Assembly (NCBI RefSeq): GCF_022539665.2
Contig: NC_081333.1
Span: 4,836,001 to 4,900,000, forward strand
Length of the DNA stretch: 64,000 nucleotides
Reading direction: 5' to 3'
Source of the DNA: Daphnia carinata
Taxonomy: Eukaryota
Shown: in pieces, positions 11,870 to 24,145 of the stretch
How positions within the stretch are numbered: the first letter of the stretch is position 1
Layout: the number at the start of each line of letters is the position of its first letter
Position numbers and translations under genes: made by a program
The notes under the pieces: model-generated
The model's database searches: none
Told to the model about the DNA's origin: nothing
The model's input: the letters and a program-made list of their open reading frames with translations, nothing else

Positions 11870-12614
11870 TACTGGTGTCGATGATCGGTGTTTGCTTTTA
11901 ATATCACGATTTCGATATATCGCAGAATTTTATCGATGTTGACATATGTTGTCATAGTCTTTCATTCAGACTCGAACATCAACATCATGTTACCAAGAAA
12001 GAGAAGCCCAATGAAGGGGGTATTCATTTTGTAGAAAGTGTTACAATATATTGATGTAATCGATACGGTATTTTTGGTTTTTAAGACAAAGCGTTTTTGG
12101 TCCATGTACTTTAAAACGGATTTGAACCCAAAATTCTTTGGTCGTCTGCTATTATTCTAAGGTACATATTATGGTTATAAAATACAATTAAAAAATCTGT
12201 CGAGTGATGTATCCCAAAATCGATCCGATCTATCAGATTTACAAAACCGCCTAGTACAATCTAATGCAACTTTATACTAATGTTATATGGTTTAACAGTT
12301 AGAGCGAGTGAAACTTGCGCGGGAAGCAGAGGTTTGAGCCCATCAAAGATGTTCTTCCGTATATGCTATGAAAGTATCATCTATTAAAAACAAATAATTG
12401 TTTAAAAAAACATTACACTAATTTTGGTAAATTATCTATTCTTTAAGGTTTTCAAATCTTTTCTTGAATTAAGCGGGGAAATCGGCGTTTGGTTATTTTA
12501 CCGGTAGATGGTGAATGCAAAACATCGGTATCATATACAGATATCGGGTTTTTCAATGGGATATATTATATCGGTTTTCAGTATGTTTTCCGATACGATA
12601 TATCGACATCACTA
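11870..12614. mobile_element. Possible old hAT-like MITE (TAGTGATGTCGAT-type TIR)
   Basis: Right end CGATACGATATATCGACATCACTA. Left TACTGGTGTCGAT matches its reverse complement at 11/13. CGATA/TATCG repeats near both ends. TSD not convincing. Confidence 0.35.
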
Positions 12615-12685
12615 TCACGGTGTGGGGTGTAATATTTTACCTTTTAAAAAGTGATCTCGAAGGAGTAAGTTAAAGAAAATTTGCG

Positions 12686-13333
12686 ATGTCAAAAACAACA
12701 AAAAGAAAACATGTCACAAAGGAAGTGCTGGATGGTTATGTTCTTCCAGCAGAAAACCAAAAGATAGTAAAGGTATAAAATTCTTGTGCTCAATTTTAAC
12801 TTAGGAAATTCTGAAACGTTTTTTGTTTTCCTTCTTTTTACCCTTAATTTTGTGCCGCACCAAGGTATTGGGTGGAAAAGGGAATAACTTGCATGAAGTA
12901 GAAACAGCAGAAGGTGAAAAATATTTAGTTTCCATGCCAACAAAATTTAGAAAAAATGTGTGGATTAAGCGTGGTGATTATGTCCTTATCCAGCCTATTC
13001 AGGAAGGAGAGAAAGTTAAAGCAGAAATTTTTGCCATTCTTTATGATAGCCAAATTAAATACATTCAAAGCCAGGAAAAATGGTAAGCCAGTGCTTATTT
13101 CCTGAAGTCAGTTTTTTCTATAAAACAATGTTTCCAGGCCGAAAGAATTTGTTCTGCCTTCAGCAACAGATGTGAACCCTGACATCAGTTCCATTGATAC
13201 CGATGGCTCTTCCCAAAGCGATGATGATTTATTTGTGAACACAAACAGGCCTCAGTGTGTTTATGAATCCACAGACCATAGTGACAGTGATGATTCAAGT
13301 TCTGCTCAACGGAAAGATAAGGATTATGAATAA
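12686..13333 (+). CDS. EIF1AD: Probable RNA-binding protein EIF1AD (eIF1A domain), 3 exons, 166 aa
   Basis: Exons 12686-12772, 12865-13082 and 13138-13333 with GT-AG introns splice in frame. Protein MSKTTKRKHVTKE...KGNNLHEV...LVSMPTKFRKNVWIKRGDYV...WPKEF...DDDLFVNTNRP is typical of EIF1AD. Confidence 0.95.
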
Positions 13334-15612
13334 ACTTCTATCATCATTATCCAACATTGTTTTTCCGTTATTACCCTTAAACGTGAGATGGGCTTGAAAT
13401 CATCCTTTCTTAAACTAAACAGATTTTTATTAGGGTATTTTCATTTAACTGGTGGATTGGTTTGCACTGCGACGTTCACAAGTTAACGAAGAAGAGGGAA
13501 CGCATACTGAACTCGGTAAAACAGCAATAAAGTTTTAATCTATAACACCTCGTCAGATGAACTATGAAAAATCAAATCACAATCAAATTCCAGGAACGAC
13601 AAATGGGGTTGAGTGGACATTTGATGGGAATCTAGAACCAAAAGTAACGGAGTAAACGTCTGTCCAAACAAGAAGCCAAGGAACCGTTGATTAGCATCCA
13701 CAATTCTTCCCTGAGAGCATCTCCCCGTGACATCAAACAGAAGATTGTGGCTGTTGTAGTTGTATGAGGTGATCCATTCGTTGTATTTTAAAATCGTGAA
13801 AATCAATACAACTCGAAATGGACTCTATAATCGGTTGTCGAATTTAAAAAGTGACAATAGTGTGAAACAGATGTCTATTGCTGGAACGAACACTTGGAAT
13901 TTCGAAAATAAATGAAATGCTTATCTTTTTTATTTACCACAGAAAACCAATATTATCTTTGAAAAAACAAGTAGTATTGCAGACAGAAATCAGCAACAGC
14001 AATATGAAGTGCAGGCATTACTTAAAACAATATACAATTAAACTCCTAATAGAAAGGATCAATAAATTTAGAGATCAGAGAATACAAATGAAAAATTTTT
14101 AGATATCCATTAGTTTCCAAGCCGATTAGATAACCCATGATTCATCAGCGTAACAATCTACTCTAGAGAATGGCAAACCCGTTTGTTGTTTTAAGTCTGT
14201 TTATTACCAGATACCAGATTGCAAAGCGTCGTTTGGTCGAAGTCAATTCCATTGTAAATTAAGATTAATACCGTTTTGAAATACCATTCGCATAATACAA
14301 TAACCGAAAAAGACTATTTGTTAGATCTTTTGGTTAACGCATATTGCTGATGGTCAGTAAATGATGCAGCCATCCTCAAAGCCACTCGTTAGCTCTACAG
14401 CCAATTTAGAATTTCGTGGTACCTTAAGCTACGACCCCACTGCTGTTTCAGTTTTTCGACGCTTTGACAAAAATAAGCCATCCACGGAATTTTGAATTAA
14501 CCGACATAAAAATAAAAATTTATCGATAAATTCACCGTGTAGCGTTATGTCGCCTCGGTGGCATAAGGAGGCAATCAGGTAGGCTTTTTCACAATAATAG
14601 CAACTTTCAGCGAGAGAAATGTGGCCTGTTAAAAAAGCTGTTTAACCGTTGGCAGAGAAACACAGAGTACTCTCATTCATAGGTGCATTTATTAAAATTC
14701 TTTTTTACAATGTAGATATTTTTCTCTTTTAACTTGACGAATCTAAATTGATCCCTCTATTTCAATAGATCTCGCAAACATCCACGTAATTATTCACTGA
14801 AAATACAATGGCGCCTAGGAATCTTCTTCTTTTCGTATAGTTGCACATGAACCAGGCAAATAATGACATAACGCTTTAATGTCAATGTTGACGTACAGTG
14901 AACCCAGACACATCTCACACACTTCATTGCATAATCGGCACCTTTTACCCTATGAAGGCTCGCGAAATTCCTTTTCTAGTTTTACTTGCATTTTTTTTAT
15001 TTAATGATTTACCGCTCGGACGACATGCGTTTTCTTTGAATTCCATACTGTTTGAATCTGAAAGCACGCGTGAAACTATTGGTTTCTACAAACGAGAATT
15101 CAATTGAGATAAATGTGGGAATAATACGATGTTAGTGTAGGAAGTCGCAGAAATGAATTGAACTTTCTAAACTAACAGTCATAAAAACTAGGTTGGAAGG
15201 ATGACTGCCGTCCCATCATACTTACGCCTGTACAGAGGACACTATCAGACATACCATCCTTCCACCGTTTCGCCCTCAAAAATAAAAGGCATTTTTTAAC
15301 ATATTTTTATTTTTATTTTTTAATTTTATACAACAGAATTATGGTTTTAATATAAATGTTCAATGCAACTGATGAAGTGTTGGGCATAACACTGCTACAT
15401 AATTTTAATATAAGCGACGTTGTAAAATTTTTAACTGGGCTATACCTACCAATTTTTCGACGGGCAAAATTTATATGGACAACGGCTAAGTGCATCTCAT
15501 TTCAGTAGGTAACACCAAGATACAACTGTACTTTACTAACAATCTTCATTACAACGCGTTTTCAATGTCATGCCTAATTGAGGGAATGCACAAAATTGTG
15601 CTGCTACAAATT

Positions 15613-17251
15613 TTATGCTTTTCTATAATTCCAGATAAAGCGCGCAGCCAATGGTAAATGATCAGAAGGTGAAGCCAATGAAGGTATACCACCAAGTGCA
15701 TCTAATTCTTCTCCAGTGAGCAATCCCAAACGACTGAGTAGTTGCAGATTCGGTCTCAGGGACTCACGACCGCTTAACACAAGAAAAAACCATTAGCTTC
15801 TATTTAGTGTAGGGTTTGTTTAAAAATAATTACTTGTGGAAAATGTAGTCAACTGTCACCCAATCGTTTTGGTACGTAGTGGCCTCTTTAGCTCCGTTAA
15901 AACGATTCGTGCGATGTGGATAAACAGACTGCAGCTGAAGCTGATGTGACAGCTGACCACTTGCGAAGCGTAAAACAGAACACTCGGCCTTAGACAGCTC
16001 TGATTTCGCAATCGTGAAGTTCTCCTGTAGAGTGCGTTCTCCAGTAGAATTGAGATGTTGACATTGATCTGTGATGTTGAGGTGTGGCGGTATGAGTTCA
16101 TTTTCAAGCGTATGGCCTCGAGCGTCAAGAGTTAATTGTCGTCTACTCAAGCCTTTGTACAGTAGAGAACCCTGCGTGATGAACTGGTAGATGCTGGTAT
16201 CCGGTGTCAAATTAAAATCTCCGGTCAGGATAGTAGGATGATAAGATGCGCAGTTAGTCTTCTCAGAGTTTGGTTTCCGTGAATCGGAGGCGATTCGATC
16301 TAATTCTGCGAAGAGTAATTGTAATTGTGCAAGCTTGATATCGTGCCGTCTAGGATTGTAAAGAAGATGGGTTGTAGCCACTACAATGAAAGGCAAGTCT
16401 TCATCGGAAACGTGCTTCGACTGTAACACGCGTGGGGTAAGTAGCGCTATTAAACCAATATTGTCACGGTCAAGAATTTCCACATTTGGTTTGCAATACT
16501 CCACCGGAATGCTTTTCTTCAATTCGAATTTCGAATGACGGAAAAATATGGCGCAACCGTCACGTTTGTTCCCGGTGCGTTTCTTATACACTCCTTTGAA
16601 TCCCATGGCTGTGAGTCTTGGAACATAAAATGTATCATAGTGATCTGACTGAACTTCTTGGAGACATAGAATGTCAGCATAGGTGTTTGTTACTTCTCTC
16701 AGTATTCTTTCAGCACGTTTATCCCAATTAAGTGCCTCTGTCTCAACATTCCTGTATAGGTAAATATGCTCTTCCAAGAGGTGTTGTGCCAACACATTAT
16801 AAGACAGCACAGTAAATTTAAGAGAATGGGGAGGCTGCTTGATTTTTTGTTTTTGAAGCTCAGTACCAAGTTTTGTATATTCCCATTTCCTTAAGGAACT
16901 GAGCCTGTGTCTGATTCTTGTTTCATTACGCTTGATTCGATGGGCCTCTGATTCCTCCATTAAGACATCAACACAATCATATGCATGCACTTGTCTTCTT
17001 TGGTGATTTTCGAAAGTTTTGGCATTGTTTTGATATGTTTTTGGTCCTGACATTGTTATTCCAGTTGTTCTAATTGATTGACTGCTGGGGGTGTAGTGAT
17101 GTTTTGCACCCAAATGCCTTCTAACAAATGTTTTTTTTTCACTGGACATTTTCAAATCAGCAGTCACAAGGCAAAGCGGTTGACACAAAAATCTGCACCT
17201 AACCGAGAGAATAGGGCGAAGGGTACACCTGCAAATTTTTGAAGTAAACAT
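15613..17251 (-). CDS. angel: Protein angel homolog (CCR4/nocturin-like EEP family; 2',3'-cyclic phosphatase); 5' end uncertain
   Basis: Exons 17251-15834 and 15772-15613 (61-nt intron) give 525 aa. EEP motifs SYNVLAQ, LCLQEV, TTHLLYNP, TGDFN, VDYIF and SDHLPL are present, with no LRR domain. An upstream exon (donor at 17396) may supply the real start. Confidence 0.92.
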
Positions 17252-18033
17252 AATTGAATACAAACAATAGGAAAAACCGTTGTGGAGCCTCAAAGAAATG
17301 TCTGAATCACTTTGCGAAACTTAACAGCATCCCATGAAAAGAACGCGTTCGCTAGAACCATTAATAATACAATGACCCAATTTTTGCAAAACTTACGTCA
17401 TGTATCACGTGTAGAGATAATGCAACATGCGAAAGCTGAGAACGGAGGTGAGCGACCTCTGGGACGATATACTGCGTATTTGGAAAGTGGAACGGTATGC
17501 CATGGAAATCATACTGGATATGGGATGTTGTCATCCGCGGATATCATCTGTGGCAGATCTGACAGAAATGGATAAATTAATGTGGAACATTTTACAACAT
17601 TGTATCAAATCATTTTGCTTCCTCCTCAAACTCTTTACCTATTTCACATTCCATTTGGGAAACAGCGTCTGCAACTTATCTTTACTGAATATCGTTAAAA
17701 ACTGTTGTTAGATTTGGGAAGGGATTGAAAAGCCTGTACTGTACTGAAATCGGAAACAAAAACAAATTTCCTTTTCCGAGAAACTCAACCAAGTGATCAT
17801 ACGTTATGGAACAATCCCCGTTAGTGAAAGCGGGATTTTGGCTTTTAGGTAAGAAGGGTCGTTGCATTTGTTACGGTTTAAATGTTTTTTTAAGAATTAA
17901 TTTTAAAAATTCCAATTGTTAAACAAAACTGGAGTTCCCAAATTTTAAAAACTGACTTTTAAATAGAATGTATTGTAGTTGGTTTCCTAATTTTATTCGT
18001 TACATTTCTATACTTCAAAGCATTAGCGCGCAG

Positions 18034-18776
18034 CAGACTTGCCCCGCCGATCAATTTTCCGATCTCGATCTCCGATCCGATCTTTTGAGTTTGATCGGAT
18101 CGGCCGATCATTTTTACCGATCATTTCTATGCGACATCTAACGCTGAAAATTTACACTATTTAACGAATTTAGTATTGGCTGTCACAGCGCAACATGGTC
18201 TCCGCGAGTTGACTCGACCGTTCGGGTTGTAAGAGGCACAAAATTCCTGCGTTTTGATTGGCTCTCCAGCTCTGATGCCAGTGGCAACCACCACTGAAAG
18301 AAAGCAAACTGTTGATGTGTCGTCTGCATGTGCCGTCTGCCTGTCGTCTGCATCGATTTTAATTTTCAAAATAATTCAATTTTCAAATCACAAAATTACT
18401 AATCAAAAATCATAAAACGTTCCTAATATCAACACTGACATCTTTTACCACAACCCCTTGGACTCGACGGTAAGCAATTTTTTGGTTTTTAGTGAGCCAT
18501 GATAATGTAAGTAGTTGTAAAAATAATGTAAGACTGTAAATATTTGAATATGAAAATAAACCAAATAAAAAAGCTTTTCTTTTCTTTTTGTATTATAATA
18601 ACGATTATCCTATACCATAAGACAAACTTGGAATCGTAAAACTGTTTTTAACCTTTTTTTACGTTGACCATAATGGAAATTTTAAAAATGCCGCCTAAAA
18701 ATAATGGCATCCGTTTTCTCCGTTTCGCGAAGATCGGATCGGCGATCAATTTTTGATCGCGATCGCGTCAAGTCTG
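18034..18776. mobile_element. Intact hAT-like MITE (743 bp)
   Basis: TIRs CAGACTTGCC.../...CGTCAAGTCTG. Perfect 8-bp TSD GCGCGCAG (18026-18033 and 18777-18784). GATCG/CCGATC subterminal repeats. Confidence 0.9.
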
Positions 18777-19939
18777 GCGCGCAGGACATAAGAATGTTCT
18801 GTATAAAACGAGGACTACGAACTTTTACTGTATGGGATCGGCCCGCACACAAAAGTCCGTAGTTACCAGTCCACAGTCCGCATTTTACTAAAGCTCAATG
18901 CGCGCCAATATTTTGGGCATGGCTAACAATTTTGAATTTTAAAATGGAACTTTGTTTACGAATATTGACACGGAATTAATTGTTGTTTCGAACATTTACA
19001 AGTCTAAATTCTTATTCCACTACGCAATTAAGTCATATCTAGCTGCATAATTACGAAGGTTAAGGCAGTCTCTAGGTATAATAAAGATTAAAGGAAGAGG
19101 AGAAAAGGAAAGTAAAAAAATGCAAATTTCAGCATATACACTCCCTGAAATTTCTTCACAGGATCTTCGTTTGAAAGCTGTCATTGGTGTTTAGCTGGTG
19201 CCAGGCATGACGTGCGACACTTTTTTTTTGTTTGATCGTCCGTTTAATCATTTTTAATGATCTTGCTGAAAAAATTTTTTGCAATAATTTTCGGCGATCA
19301 TTTTTAACTGGTCACGTCATCTCACGAAAATTTTGAAACTTGCATTTCAAAAATTGTGGTATAAAAACTATAATTCGGAAGAAGTTGTACTTTTAATTGC
19401 CAAGTGGCACCCAATAAAAAGACACCCAAAAAATTGTGCGCTAAATTTTTGTTACTGCAATCAAAGTTTTTGTTAAATTTCCGATTTTTTTTATCGGACT
19501 TTCAAATTACAGTTTTAAAAAATTGTAAGCACGGAATCATAGCAAGTTTGGTTGCAGGTTACGGTTTCATTTTCCTGGAAAGCTAGGGGTTTTTTTTTTG
19601 CTTTTGAGCCAGGATGGCTCAGGGTCATGCAACGCCCATATGCGCTCCCTCCATCGTATTTCAGTCCGCAGAAACAAAAATCTAAACGTAGCAGCAAAAT
19701 CCTGCCAATAACAAATGTCCAAAAACGAGGGTGGAAGGCCTGCTTCAGGGCGGTTGCAATTATTCTTTTATATTTAACGTATCATACCATGGTGTGTTAC
19801 GATAGTTTTAATATCAGTATGTAACGTCTTCCGAACGAAAATTACTGCAAGCCCATAACACCCTATTTGTTCGTTATTTCGTTTTTGCCTGTTTGTTTAT
19901 TTAGGCTCCATTGCGTTATCATTTTGTCATTGTTTATTA

Positions 19940-20220
19940 GCGCCGATCAATTTTCCATTGCGTTATCATTTTGTCATTTTTAGCAGATCTAACGAAAAAA
20001 TAGGAAGCGACAGTCACTGGCGGCCATTGAGGGTGAACACTAAACAGGGCATTCGCATAAATAGGCCCTGCGGCTGAAAATCTATAGATGGCGAAAAGTT
20101 TGATCCTTGTTCGTCGCCGATCCGATCTCCGATCTTTTTCAAAAGATCGGATCGGCGATCAATTTTTTGATCGGAGATCGGATCGGCGATCAATTTTTGA
20201 TCGCGATCGCGGCAAGTCTG
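19940..20220. mobile_element. 5'-truncated copy of the same CAGACTTG MITE family
   Basis: Ends GATCGGATCGGCGATCAATTTTTGATCGCGATCGCGGCAAGTCTG, almost identical to 18732-18776. GCCGATCAATTTTCC at ~19942 matches the left subterminal region of the 18034 copy. Confidence 0.75.
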
Positions 20221-21787
20221 CATATAGCCTTGTTCGTATGCTAGCGTTTCATTGCATTATCATCAGCTCATTACAACAGTGTTATATATGAAATACGGAA
20301 TTCGTCCAGGAGAGTTGGAATGGGAAGAACATCGTAATTTTCCATTAAGCTAAATCACACCTAGTCCGAACATCATATGACATGCAAAGTGGGGATGACC
20401 ACTATATATATATGCCGCAGTAAACTGATTGAAATTATTTCAATTTCTTTTTGCCTTATGGATGCCTAAAACACGTTTATAAAATTATGTAATCTTACCA
20501 AATTCATTTCATACTTAATTTCATTATATTTCATAGAAGTTGGCGAAATAAAATTTTGAATTAAAAAATTTTGTGACTTCCTAATTTTTTAAATTTAATT
20601 TAATATTAAATTACCCACTAGTGTCAGAAGTAGTTCTGCTTCAAATTTTCGTCTGGTATTTAGCATTAGAGAGTCTTGCCACGGCTTTGTCATTAACAAG
20701 ATCTATTGCGCATGTTTGGGTCCAGCATGAAATTATTTTTCGTGGTCTATCAGTAATTCAGTTACTCAGTTATTAGGGGCGACAAAGTGTCAACTTCTTT
20801 AGTCCTTGCACCAAAGGACGAAAAAGAGCCAAAATGCGCAGCAACACGCGAATACCAGCGAAGAGCCAAAGCCATAAATCTTGAGCACTATATTTACATT
20901 TTTTATGTATCGTCACACGATTCCTTAACCAGTCATTTCTACGCGAAATAGCTGCTTATTTTCAACTGCCTTTCTTTATGGTTAAGGGATAAAACATCTT
21001 GTACATCTTGCAAGTCTGTGCCAGGATTGTTCAAAGTTACACTTATAGCCAGCGCTCCTTTAAGTTTTAAAACAGGTTCAAAACAATCTAAACATACGAA
21101 CAGCAACAAAATGTTCACACATTTAGAAATAAAAAATTCTAAAATTATTATGTATGTATGTATGTGTACATAATTTACCTTTGTTGCTTCTGCTAGGCTC
21201 CAAAAAAATGTGTGTTTTGATGAGATTGTCTTTTAATATATATGCCAGCTTTAAATTAGGTGTTGAAGTTGTAGCAGGTTCAAACACAGAAAATTTGTTG
21301 ACTGTATTGTAAATCTGAAGAAGTTCTTTTGTTCCTTCCATTAACTCCTTAAAGAAAAGTAATTTGAAAACCACTATGGTTACTTTTTACAGCTGATATT
21401 ACTTTCCACAAATTAGTGTCCATCCATTCAAAAGTGTAATATTCATTTCCATTCATCATAATTTTGCAACGAACAAAACGGAACTCCACTAGAATAAAAC
21501 TGGTCCTGTTTAACTAAAAAAAAGTATACCGTGCATTTTCCTGTCAACTTCATTTGAAAGTACCAATATGGCTTCAGCTTAAATCAAAAGACGGCATTAC
21601 GGTTCAAATTGAGAGTAGCATTTCGTTTCTTAAATCAATGTTAATTTCAAACGATGAATCCTGTGTGGGTCAATCTGCTTTTCATACCTTTAGATATTCA
21701 CGAACTGATCGACTCATGTTATGATGTTGTGTTGTTTCACGTGAAAAACGTTGGCTGCTAATTATTAACAGTTTTAAAGGAACGTCT

Positions 21788-22200
21788 GGCCACAGTAAAG
21801 TGCGGACGCGGTTAAACTGAGGACTTTCATCTGCGGGATGGGCTGCAAAAAGGAAGGCCACAGTAAAGTGCGGTCGCGGACTTTGGCCTGAACAAACTGC
21901 GGACTTTTAGCTGTGGGCTGGCTGAAAATGTTTCACAGCAGTCCGCTTTTTCCCTATTTTTTACGTATTGCCCGAACACTGTTTTCTAAACTTCGGCGAC
22001 AACATAGATATTCAAATATATACTTCCAGACTCCTTTTCATCTATAATTTCTAGTTTGCTTGTTCATTAAGAAGTATAGTGTTTCGAACAATTCGTGGTA
22101 CTGCGTATTAGTGATAAATAATCGGGGCCAGTCCATACCTAAACATCTGCAGTTTACCCGGTCCATAGTCCGCAGCCCACGTCCGTACTTTACTCTGGCC
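21788..22200. mobile_element. MITE with GGCCACAGTAAAGTGCGGAC TIRs
   Basis: Left GGCCACAGTAAAGTGCGGAC; the right end reads GGCCAGAGTAAAGTACGGAC in reverse complement (18/20). A second left-end copy lies at ~21856, with GCGGAC/GTCCGC internal repeats. No clear TSD, so superfamily unassigned. Confidence 0.6.
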
Positions 22201-22436
22201 CTTTTACGGTATTAGATTAAAGATTTCTCGATTAGAAATGGAAATATGTACAGAACGGAAAAAAAAAAACTTTTTTTTGCAAATATAAGGTAGGTTTAAT
22301 TAAGCAAAGTATTTAGTCATCAGGTATTTAGCTCTATTGTACTTTTCTCTCTAAAAGGAATGTACGTACTTGGGAAAATGGAGTATGCTCTATCAATAAT
22401 ACCATCAATCAGGAAAATATTCCTACTTGGTGGCAG

Positions 22437-22508
22437 TTTGGTTTAAGACAAATGCATTTGGTTTTAAGACAAATGCATTTGGTTTTAAGACAAATGCATT
22501 TGGTTTTT
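22437..22508. repeat. 21-bp tandem repeat, ~3.4 copies (TTTGGTTTTAAGACAAATGCA)
   Basis: Directly visible; no spacers between units. Confidence 0.9.
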
Positions 22509-23384
22509 CTTGTTGTCCGGGAAAAGAAGTGAGATACGCAGTACCTACATAAAGTATTTGAACACCTTAGGGAACCTTATGGGAAAATGCCGTTTCCGCT
22601 ACCCTTTTTAATTAGTCCCCTTTGACGAAAACTCGATTTTTCGTAGCGTCGTGAAGACAAGGTTTTCCACAAGGTTCTCTCGTTTTGTAGGTAAAATATA
22701 GCTTCTTCTACAAACTGGAAAAAACGAATATTTCGGTGACCAAATGTACTTGCTCAGACTGTGCCAGCACATATTAGGAATAGCCTCCACCTATTCAGAC
22801 AATTTTATATTTCAATCTCCTTTAACGAGCCTTGTGCAAAACTCACTTACTTCTTCGGAACAATGGTCAAGCAACGTCGACTTGTAGTGATTGAGCAGAT
22901 AAGCATATTGTTACCAAATGTACCTTTTCCGCCATGTTATGTGTAAAACAAAGAAAAACTACCAAATCTGACGGGGACCGCTAGACACGGATGTGACATA
23001 CTTAGTGTTCTGATTTAAACTTTATAATAAGTAATTTTTTGAAAGATGAGAGTGCAAGGTATCGTCCCCCCTCGCAAACGCTGTGAGCTGCTTGTTATTT
23101 GAATTTGTTGGAAATTCTGTTTTAAAATTTCAACGATCATTCAGGTTTTGGCTCATAGATGGCATTATAGGAAGCTAGGTTCCAATCTTCTTTTCTTGCC
23201 TTTCTGCCAAGTTTGTCAAATACTGAAGAAATTTATTTAGTTTTGTTAATATAACGCTGAAATAATGCTTAGAGAATTTGCACTTAAAAATTATTCATAT
23301 CAAATGATTTTTAAATATCTTTTTAAATTGCGAAATTTCAGTAACACTACGGCAGCACTGGATCAGTTTCCGTTTGGGCCGGCA

Positions 23385-23444
23385 GCCATCTTTCTCTCAA
23401 AAGCCGTAGAAGACATCGTTTTCTCACGTCTGCAGCGTGTCAGG
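23385..23444 (+). promoter_or_regulatory. Probable TCT/5'TOP-type start and non-coding first exon of RpL40
   Basis: Pyrimidine tract TCTTTCTCTC at ~23389-23398, donor GTAAGA at 23445, and acceptor TTTTTAG at 23617 just before the ATG. This is typical ribosomal protein gene architecture. Confidence 0.6.
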
Positions 23445-23490
23445 GTAAGAGCATGTATATTCGTCTCTCTCAGTTCCTATAGTGAATTAA

Positions 23491-24076
<586 letters not shown>

Positions 24077-24145
24077 ATGTATTCACAGGCATCTTGCTTG
24101 GAAACGAAATACAAAAGTTTCAATGGTATTTTATTGACAAGTGTT

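Noticed and set aside
12282..12345. tRNA-like A-box/B-box sequence (TGGTTTAACAGTTAGAGCG...GGTTTGAGCCC)
   Set aside because: Boxes are degenerate and I could not fold a cloverleaf; at most an eroded SINE or tRNA relic.
17312..17711. Plus-strand ORFs of 87 and 94 aa divergent from angel
   Set aside because: No recognisable protein. Splice signals here are on the minus strand and fit angel 5' exons.
19197..19411. Possible MITE with GGTGCCA...TGGCACC ends
   Set aside because: The inverted match is only ~7 bp and there is no TSD.
22437..22508. CRISPR-like direct repeats
   Set aside because: Units are contiguous with no spacers, the context is eukaryotic, and there are no cas genes.
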